Shown here: positions 54,930 through 64,000 of the stretch, piece after piece
Position numbering within the stretch: the stretch's first letter is position 1
Layout: every line of letters begins with the position of its first letter
Source of the DNA: Phyllosticta citribraziliensis
Taxonomy: Eukaryota
Reading direction: 5' to 3'
Assembly: GCF_038025025.1 (NCBI RefSeq)
Contig: NW_027117353.1
Location: 248,001-312,000, forward strand
DNA length: 64,000 nt
Program-made: the position numbers and the translations under genes
The notes under the pieces: model-generated
What the model saw: only the letters and a program-made list of their open reading frames with translations
What the model was told of the DNA's origin: nothing
Databases searched by the model: none

Positions 54930-56954
54930 CTACTTGTTCGTCTCCTCCATCTCCCAGATATATTTCATGTCTTCGCGACGCATGACCTTGTATTCTTCGG
55001 GCACGACGTAGATGCCAGTACGGTCACGTCTGGCATTCGGGTCGATCATGTGGGCCGAAGTGCCGTTCGGCTCGTCACCTTCGGGGTAAACAAGCTCTGG
55101 GTAGATGGATGCCGTCGAGCGAGCAAACTTGCGCGAGCTCGAGATGGGGACCGACGGGTTCATCGTTCCAGTGAAGCGGCGCGGGGGACCAGATCCGTCA
55201 TCCCAGGTGCGCCCGACGGTCGTCGTCTGTCTGGACGTTGCACTTCCAGCTCCAGCCCAGTCGTTTGGAACGGTTGCGATGTATTTGATGTAGTCAGACT
55301 TCATGCCAGAGCCGACGATTCTGAGGCCATAATCATCTCGACGGTCTTGACGGTCTTGATCCGTTATGTCGGAGCGATGAGCCTCAAAACGTGTCAGCGG
55401 CGGATTACTCATGATGGCGAGGGTACATGACTTACATCTTTGATGCCAAGGAACCCACCACTGAACAGATCAACAACCTTCCAGAAATCGCGAGTGTGAG
55501 CAACTCTGCACTCGGACGAGGCGTTTTCGCAGTGAGCCAGCAAGGCCGAGCAGCTGTTGAACAGCTTTGAGCACGTAGGGCAGCGGACTTGGGTGATGAT
55601 GTGCTTCCCAAGAAGGTGCTCAGTCATCTTGGACGGTTCAAAAAAGTGAGCCCTGTGAATCTGTCAGCAACGTCCTAGCTGGTGGAGTCGGGAGAGACAT
55701 ACTCGCATTTGCTAAGTGGGCAAATGTACTTTCCAATGGTGTTGTGGAAGAAGCGCTCCGGATCATACTGCGGATGCTCTGGGTCCCAGAAGCGCAGGAG
55801 GAAAGGGTTGCATCGAGTTCTGTCTTCGTACTCAAGATCGCGCTCCGCAAGCGCCTGTTTCCACTTTGCATCCAGCGGCGTCTTCTCTGCGCCGCTAAAG
55901 AGCGTCGAAGAGGTCGTGGAAGACTGAACTGCAACGAATGGCCTCGTGCCGGTGCCCTTGAAAAGCACCTCTGAAGATTGAGACGAGGTCTCCCACGCAT
56001 TGGAGCCATTCTTCAACACGGTCCTCTCGCTACCGGTAGAAGAGTTCAGAGACATTTGACTAGTCGCCCTGGAGAGCTGGGACACGGAGGCGTACGACTT
56101 GGGTCCAGGAAGTGGTGGAAAGTCTTCAGCGCGACGCGGGGCGGCTGCCTTGTTGGCCCAGGTCATGGGAGTGCTATTCTTTGCTCCGGGGAGCGCGGGA
56201 AAATTGTCGACAGGATGTGCCACCTTGCGGGGCTGTGACTTGACCTCTGGCAGCAGAGCCGCGATGGGAACACCGCCCTCTTGCGAATCAACTGCCGAGC
56301 AATCGTCCTCATCGAGAATATGGTTGCCAGTCGATCTTCCTCCCACAGTTGAGCCTCCACCAATGGTTGAAGCATCGTCGAAATCGGTACTCGCATAGGT
56401 ACTGCCATCAGTAGCGAGCGCAGTGGCGCCATCGAATTCTTTCGTCTTGACGTAATCTGGATCCTCGAGCATTTTGTTGACCAGCGCCGTGTGCTCAACA
56501 CAACTCTTGAATTGCGAAGCCGGGATCGCCCTGCAGTGATCGAACTCGAGATGTCCAATGAGGGCGTAACCACGAACGAAGTGTTCCTTGCAGCCAATGC
56601 ATCGGAGGTCCTGTTCAACAGGATGCATCTACAGAGATGTGAGCAATCTTCAAGTGTCGGCAGCGGGAATGATCTCACCTTCCTGACATGAATGTCTCTA
56701 GTCCTGATGTTTTTGAAGTCCTGGCCACAGAACTTGCAGCAGATGTGAAGTTTGGGGGAATTGGCCTTGTGGTCGGTCAACTCGTCATAGCTGTTGGCCA
56801 TGTACTTGCAAGGCTTGCAATAGTCATGAGAATCTTCTTCGGCCCAATGACGGTGAAGTGCCTTCTCCGAATTGAACACGGTGCCGTTGCAGTCTGGGTG
56901 ATTGCAGCGAGACATGTCTTCGGGTAGAGGTTGGTGATGTTCGGATTGGGCCAT
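54930..56954 (-). CDS. Multi-C2H2 zinc-finger protein (4 exons)
   Basis: Fingers CNHPDC..LHRHWAEEDSH, CKFCGQDF..DIHVRK|MH, CIGCKEHF..LIGHLEFDH, CPLSKCE|AHFFEPSKMTEHLLGKH and CPTCSKLF..LAHCE. Introns about 56678-56629, 55702-55653 and 55434-55383. Confidence 0.8.
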
Positions 56955-57779
56955 GATCAGAAGGCCGATGGGGTGGGAAGCCGATTGTGGGGGGGTGCAG
57001 CCCGGGCGTATCGATTATCGATGGACCAAGCGATATATCTGGACGGCTCGGCTGGCGGGTGCGCAATCGAAGGCGGGTGGTGATGGCGAGGGTTGTGGAG
57101 TGAGGAGTGAGCAGCGAAGAGCGAGGAGCGAGGAGCGAGGAGGGAGGGAGGGAGGGAGGACGGATGGTGGATGATCAGGCAGAGCCGTGGTAGAGTTGTC
57201 GGGGTTGTTCCAGAGGAAGCGTGAAGCCGTTGACCGCTTACCTTCCATTGGGCAGGCACGCCTGCTCGCTCGGGGTCCTTCGCTGGCCGGCACTACATGC
57301 TGTGGTGTCGTTTTCACCATTGTCTGTAGTCTGCAACCTTTGACGCGAAGACTCCAGATTCAAGAATGGGATCTTAAATGACCTCAACATTGACTTTCTT
57401 GCTGTCATTCTTTCTGAGATTTGAGAAGCCTAACCCAAGCCCACGATGCACATGAGCTTATGAGGTATTGGACTCGACTCTTAGTGCGTGGTGTTTTGCA
57501 CGTCAATAAGCTTTTGCCTGGTGATTACGATGAGCAGTCACAGCTCTTCCGTCTAATCGAATTTGCTGCTCCTAAGCAGATGCACCAAAGATTGGACACT
57601 CGATGCATGCAGGCAGGCCGTACAATTAACCAGTACTTTCTTGGAGAGGTTGTACTAACCAGCAGCAGGGTAACTCCACTGGGCAGACAGCCGCGAGCGC
57701 CACCACACAGGGAAACGTAGGTATGCAGTAAATTTACATTCGATTATACGCTAACCAGAACAGTACAGAATTAAAACAA

Positions 57780-58495
57780 TCAAAATCTCGAGTAGGGCAG
57801 CCTAAGAATGTCAGTACTGGGCATTGTTCCAGAATTCGGCGCACTACTTACCACTTGCCGCGGAGGGTAATCTTGGCCCACTCGCCCTTGTCGTCCGTCT
57901 CCTTCTCAACCTTTGTCGAAAACGAAATGGCGCTCATGATGCCGTCGCCAAACTTTTCATTCAGCACAGCCTTGTAAGCATAGCCGTAGTTTTGGACGAT
58001 TTCGTAGAGACGGTAGATGAGCGGGTCCTTGGGGGGCATGTCGAGAATGCGGCCACGGTCCGGGAAGCCAGAGAGCTGGGTCTCTAGCGTGTCGGCAGGG
58101 ATCTCGAGCAGCTCCGACAACTTCTTGATGTCTTCCGGGGAAGCCCTCGCCTGGCCATAGAAGAGAGCAGCGACAGCAACCTCTTCGCGACCCAGCTTGT
58201 TCGCAATGGCCTCGAAAGACAGGTTCTTTGCCTTCTTGGCCTCGAAAAGAGTGGGGGACGACTCTGGCAGGCGCGAGACCAGAGAGGACTGCGACCGTTA
58301 GCTTGGGCAACGCGCCAGCTGATGGATTTGGCATACGTCGAGCGTGGCGATGGATTGGCTGGGAGCAGTCATGTTGGAAGACTGGTGGAACTGGCGGATG
58401 CTGGAGCTGAAAGCAGGTCGCGCAAGTCTGGAAGCCACGGGAGCGACGACGCGAGGCAGGATTCTGGCAGAAAGAGCAGAGGAAGCGGCAGCCAT
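57780..58495 (-). CDS. CYN1: Cyanate hydratase (cyanase), 3 exons, with N-terminal extension
   Basis: [64 protein letters not shown] and ITLRGKW|LPYSRF*. In-frame ATGs at 58495 and 58372. Confidence 0.95.
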
Positions 58496-59049
58496 GATGG
58501 ACTTATGTTGGTTTCGCAAGAAGGACGAGGGGAGGGGGAGCGGATGAGGGGTCGAGTGGGCGTATTTGAGCAGCCATCGCAGATGATTCGGGCCACGGCA
58601 GAGCGGTAACCATGAGGTCATTGCCGCTCCGTGCTGAAGCTCTGGGTTGTTCCAACACCAATGATGGCGTCGCGAGCAGGCCGACATAGCCGGAGTCGAT
58701 CGGCATCATGGCTCAAACCAAGGTGTTTCCGCCGCGGACAGCACCTCATGCATGTTCAACAAAGACGACCTGAGGCTCAAATAATGCGACCACGAGCGTC
58801 CATGATTCGCCGGGTTCGAGAAGGCGACGCGGAACCGGGCCAGCCAGCAGGGATGGAGCCAATGGACGCGAGGTGGGGGGAGTTGGAGCTGGAGGGGTGA
58901 TGTGTTTGTTCCACTCCCGCCCGCCGTCGCTTTCATCACCTCAGGTTTCCCTCCCCCTCAGGGACCACCGGGTGCCCCAACACCCCCCTCCTCCACCACT
59001 CGCCGAAAAGCTGCCGTCTACCCTGAGGTCCTCGACCGCCCGCTCCGCC

Positions 59050-62000
59050 ATGGAGGGCCTCGACGACGAGGACCATCTGGCCTATGGCGAGTTCCACCAC
59101 CATGACCTGTACGACGGCCAGTCCGACAGCTCTGGACGCGGTTTGGTGCGTGACCTGGGGCGGAGGCTGCTCCACAAGAACCACGGCCCTGATGATGAGG
59201 CGGAGCAGCAGTCTGTGAGTACTGGCCGACTCGTTTCAAACTGTCCTGATTGACCATAAATATCCAGCCCACTCACTCGTATCCCTACACCGACCCTTCC
59301 TCCGCAAACCCCCAATTCACCTTTGACCAACCCGACAACCCTCGTCCCAAAATGACTGGCTTCTTCGAGAGGATCAAGGAAGCCATCGTCGGCGAGGACC
59401 ATGACACCCCTCCCACTCAGCAAGAGTTCGCCGCTGATGCTGCCGATACCTCCCACGAGGGTGCTCAGAGGTACTCCAAGCACCGCTTCCTGAGCTTTGC
59501 TCCTCAGCGTCAGTCTGGCAACGACGCCAAGTGGTTCGTCGATGCCTGCGGATACATGTGGGCTGTATCCGTCGCCTTGGAGCGCGCCCAGGAATCAATC
59601 TGGATTTTGGATTGTGAGACCCATCCGCCTTGAAACTGTGCAACCACGCTGACGACACCAGGGTGGCTGTCCCCCGAACTGTACCTGCGTCGTCCCCCCG
59701 CCAAGAATCAAAACTACCGCATCGACCGCATGCTGCAGGCCGCTGCAGAGCGTGGTGTTAAGGTCAACATTATCGTATACAAGGAGGTATCCCAGGCATT
59801 GACTCGTAAGTTTCTGACCCCAGTTCTCCCATGGTTGACCGATAATTCCATTGACCCCTGGGCCTGGACGTCGCATTCGGATCTTGAGAATATATTGAGA
59901 AAAGAACCCCGCTGATTCATTCCCTTGACAGTCTCCTCGGAGCACACCAAGCACCACCTCGAGGCTCTCCACCCCAACATTGCCGTCTTCCGTCACCCCG
60001 ACCATATCCCGGACGCCAACACCGTAGGCCAGGATCTCATTGATGAGTTTAAGAACTTTTCATTGAGTGCAAAGTCGGCCGCGACCCTGCCTATGGACGC
60101 GCTCAAGGCCATCTATGGCTCTGGCCAGGACACCGTTCTTTACTGGGCCCACCACGAGAAGCTGTGCTTGATTGATGGTACCATCGCCTTCATGGGAGGT
60201 CTAGATCTCTGCTACGGCCGCTGGGACACCAACCAACACTCCATTGCCGATGTCCATCCCGGTGATCTAGACCAGATCGTCTTCCCCGGCCAAGACTACA
60301 ACAACGCCCGCATCATGGACTTCCAGGATGTCACCAACTGGCAGAACAACAAACTCGACCGTGAAGAGAGCTCCCGCATGGGCTGGTCCGATGTGGCTCT
60401 CTCCCTTAGGGGACCTATTACGGAGGATCTCCAGGAGCACTTCGTCCAGCGATGGAACTTCATTTTCCATGAAAAGTACAAGATTCGGAGTGACGAGAGG
60501 TACAGCCGTCTGTCCAAGAAATCATCGGCCCCTAACCCAGCCCCCGAGGACGACTTGGCGTACGAAGAAAGGCAAGGCGGAGGTTTCCAAAAGACGTTTA
60601 CCAACTTGTCTGAGCGCTTCGAGCACGGTGCCGAGCGCCTCGGCTACCACCCTCAACACAACAGGGCTCACCAAGATGAGTACGACGAGCCCAGGGAGGA
60701 GCGTGGAGATGGCTCTGTTGGAATTCAGCTCGCCCGTAGCTGCGCCAAGTGGAGCCACGGTGTGACGATTGAACACTCTATCCAGAACGCCTACATTGAA
60801 ATCATCAAGAACAGCAAGCACTTTGTCTACATTGAGAATCAGTTTTTCATCACGGCTACTCAGGACGACCAAAAGGCCATCAAGAACAAGGTCGGTGCCG
60901 CTATTGTCGAGCGCATCATCCGTGCTGCTAAGAACGGCGAAAACTGGAAAATGGTGGTTCTCATTCCCTCCGTCCCTGCTTTCCCTGGTGACCTCCGCAC
61001 CGACGAAGCTGCCAGCACCCGCGCCATTATGGAGTTCCAGTACAACTCTATCAACCGTGGCCACGGAAAGTCCATTTACGAATGTGTTGCTGCCGAGGGA
61101 ATCAACCCCATGGACTACATTCGCTTCTACAACCTCCGCAACTACGACAGAATCAACGTCAGCGGCGCTCTGCGCGACGCCGAGGACAAGGGAGGCGTCT
61201 CCTACGAGGATGCTCGCGAGGAGCACGACCGCGAGTATGGCGGCCGTTACCAACGCCGTGTCCAGGGCGATGAAGAAGAAGACGGCTACCCAGGAGAGCC
61301 CGGTGAGGAGGAGAGGTACGACGAGTACCAGAGTGGTGCCCGCAGGATGGGTAAGCACCACGGCCTCGCCAGCGGCCGTTGGGACTCGGTTGCGGAATGC
61401 TACATGCTTGGTGGTGAAGACATCAGGAACGTTCCCTGGGAAAATGGCGCGCTCGACGAGATCGAGGCCTTTGTCTCCGAGGAGCTCTACATTCACTCCA
61501 AGCTGCTCATTGCCGACGACCGTATTGTCATTTGCGGCTCCGCCAACCTCAACGACCGCAGCCAGCTCGGTGACCACGACTCGGAGATTGCCGTCATCAT
61601 TGAGGACCCAACGCCCGTCGACTCTGTCATGGGCGGTGAGCCGTGGCGGGCCTCCAGATTTGCGGCCTCGCTGCGCCGCCAGCTCACGCGCAAGCACATG
61701 GGTCTGCTCAAGACGCAGGACTACGAGACTCCCGACGAGAACTACCTGCCCATCAGCGACGCCAACAACATCTACGACTGGGGCTCCGCCGAGGACGAGT
61801 TCGTCATGGATCCGATTTCGGAAGACTTCCAGAGGGCGTGGAACAGCCAGGCCAAGACCAACACCGACGCCTTTGGCGAGGTCTTCCACTGTGTTCCCTC
61901 CGACAACGTGCACACTTGGGAGCAGTATGACGAATTCTACGAGCGCTACTTCAAGGACGACGGCAAGAAGGACGAAGACAACAAGGATGACGAGGGCCGG

Positions 62001-62198
62001 TCCCACCGTCGTTATAAGCGCGGCCACGTCGTTGCCGAGAACTTTGCCCCCGGCGAGGAGGGCGCGCGCCAGGTCAAGGAGATTCTGAGCCGCGTCCGCG
62101 GTATGCTCGTCGAGATGCCGCTGCTCTTCCTCAAGGACGAGGATGTTGCGGAGGAGGGCTTGAGCTTGAACGCCTTTACCGAAACGATTTACACCTAA
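59050..62198 (+). CDS. Phospholipase D with two HKD motifs and no evident PX/PH domains (4 exons)
   Basis: HHEKLCLID and HSKLLIADD..GSANLNDRS, plus IWILDW|WLSPELYLRRP and FVYIENQFF. Introns 59215-59277, 59614-59661 and 59806-59931. Confidence 0.93.
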
Positions 62199-62697
62199 GC
62201 ATGCACTCTGTAGCATACTGTACGTAGTCGCTGAGCGACTGTGCGAGTGGATGTTTGATTGCATTGCGGATTGCTGGACTGGCTAAATTGCTGATACTCT
62301 GCTGCGATGGCATAGCGTGGCGTAGTAGGCACGAGACGAGGCGCTTGTCTCTTTGGCGACTGAACACCTAGGACACTCCTTTGCGTACATCAAAGCCTAA
62401 ACTACCATGAATTGATGAATCATGACTACCTTCTCTGTCTGCATTTCGTTGTGTTTCCTCGCGTCCTAGCTGTACTACGGTCACCTGACCCGGTCTCTAA
62501 TCGTTCTGTTTCCCTTCCTCTTAGGCTCATTCACAAGCTTGTCCGCAGTATAATCTCTACCCAAGAAATCTGAGGTAAGGCATCCTCGGCCCAAGCGGAT
62601 CTGCGTGAAAACACGAATGCGAATGGGCTCACAAGCAGGGAGAAGAATACCAAGGCTGCTGAGTGGGTAGGCGAATCAATGAGGAAATCATGCAAAT

Positions 62698-63338
62698 ACA
62701 ATCAGGGAGGTCTTGTGAATGGAGTGCGATAGCCGGGAAGGGAGCAAGAATATGGGTACCACAATACTAACATGCTTCGGCTTGCTTCTTGGGATGGAGC
62801 GTGTGACCGTCTTCGTCTGGCGGTGCGCCCACATCGGCGAGCCTAGATCACATCTGACAATCGTATGTCATCTCTTTCTGAATGCACTTGAAAAGGAGCT
62901 GTTGATAGGGATTTGCTTTTTGGTCAACAACAATGTATATGCTGTTAAAGGCGCGTTGGCACTTGGCCAAAGGTTGAATCGAACAATCAACACGGAGCGA
63001 AATTCAGATAGCAATTTCGATGATAACGGAACCCGATATTTGGTTTGTAGTGAAGGCTTTTGTCGCGTGAACGAAGGGTGGTTGGTCGCCCGCTTCGGTC
63101 GACGTGGACAATACCAAGGGGGCGCGACAATACTAACGCAGGAACAATATCAACACCATGCCAAGATGAGAATCACCGTTGATTCTTTCAACGCCACCAC
63201 TTCATTCCATCCGACAGACAAACCCTCGACCATCCAGACCCTCCAAACTCTTTGTTCGTAACCTCGGACGCAATCAGAATTGCCATACTCGACCCAAGGT
63301 CTTGCTACTGCAGGATGGACTCCCAGTTCGAGTATAAA
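62698..63338 (+). promoter_or_regulatory. Promoter of the putative pheromone gene: ACAAT/AACAAT cluster, CTTTGTT and TATAAA
   Basis: ACAAT at 62698, 62761, 62857, 62930, 62983, 63108, 63127 and 63144; CTTTGTT at 63250-63256; TATAAA at 63333-63338. Confidence 0.6.
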
Positions 63339-63515
63339 TCTCGCTCGACTTCGACGACCAGAGACTTTTTTCTTCATCCCACAACTTCCAACTCATTTCC
63401 AAACCAACTTTCCAAGTAAGCCATCCAGCGAGCCTTCTCTCCTGATCTGGCATCATCTGCGGGGCAATCACTCACCAGAGCAAACAGGTTCTCCAACTTC
63501 AATCCAATCGCTAAA

Positions 63516-63722
63516 ATGGTTTCCCAAATCATCGCCGCTCCCGTCAACCAGGGCTCCAACGTCGACATGTACGGCTGCACTGTCCAGAGCAACGAGCCCG
63601 TCAACCGCGGTTCCAACGTCGACATGTACGGCTGCACCGTCCAGAACGCTGAGCCCGTCAATGAGGAGAAGTTGATCCGCAAGGGAAAGCTCGTCGACAT
63701 GTACGGCTGCTCCGTCATGTAA
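63516..63722 (+). CDS. Putative a-factor-class (farnesylated lipopeptide) pheromone precursor with three repeated peptide units
   Basis: 68 aa with no signal peptide. VDMYGC-T/S-V-Q/M occurs three times, and the terminal CSVM* is a CaaX box. AAAATGG start context. Two 57-nt repeats show synonymous differences. Upstream TATA. Confidence 0.8.
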   Translation: MVSQIIAAPVNQGSNVDMYGCTVQSNEPVNRGSNVDMYGCTVQNAEPVNEEKLIRKGKLVDMYGCSVM

Positions 63723-64000
63723 ATCTCCCCACACGACGACACTGCACCTGCGCAACGCTGCACCGAGTAGTGTGCGGCCGCGGCGGTCCCGGATGACTGG
63801 TCCCTCTTCTCTTTCTCGCGCTGCTGCTGTCGTCTGCTGCGCTCCTCGCGAATCCGACTCGACCCTTTCGGACGGCTGTCATCCAATAGTCTTTGCGGAT
63901 ACGGTGTCTGACGAGCCCCTGTCGGATACGAATCCGCCTTTTCCGCCTCGTTCGGCGCGAAGGGGCTGATTTGAGCGCTTCTTTTTCGACACTAGCAGCG

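Noticed and set aside
60522..62264. Long antisense (580 aa) and alternative-frame (439 aa) ORFs over PLD
   Set aside because: Shadow ORFs expected from strong C/G third-position codon bias.
62719..63261. 180-aa ORF upstream of the pheromone candidate
   Set aside because: No codon bias or recognisable domain; the region is better explained as a promoter.
63516..63722. Fungal RiPP (dikaritin/KEP) precursor interpretation of the repeat peptide
   Set aside because: No signal peptide, no KR-delimited repeats and no UstYa/DUF3328 or tyrosinase gene in the window; the terminal CaaX fits a pheromone better. Sequence right of 64000 is unseen.

Overview
Eukaryotic, intron-containing genomic DNA from a filamentous ascomycete (Pezizomycotina; the class is not certain from sequence alone). 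It holds about 20 protein-coding genes: SPB1 (3' end only), a PQ-loop protein, a histidine phosphatase, a 4HNR-type melanin reductase, a SurE-like protein, a rhomboid protease, EDC3, a GAS1/gEgh16-like secreted protein, a peroxisomal 4CL-like ligase, a Munc13/C2 protein, an Ino4-like bHLH factor, PP4R2, an ELL-like factor, a UBE2C-type E2, a SYLF/Ysc84-like protein, a small Cys/His-rich protein, a C2H2 protein, cyanase and phospholipase D. There is also one intron-containing tRNA-Leu(AAG), plus mini- and microsatellites. The most notable element is at the right end: a 68-codon ORF (63516-63722) with three VDMYGC-x-V-x repeats and a terminal CaaX box (CSVM). It looks like a multi-copy a-factor-type lipopeptide pheromone precursor. 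It has a dense array of HMG-box-type ACAAT motifs and a TATA box upstream, a self-complementary 3' region downstream, and cyanase close by. The cyanase carries an apparent mitochondrial presequence ahead of a second in-frame ATG. All calls come from reading the sequence and recalled family motifs; no searches were run, and exon boundaries are manual.
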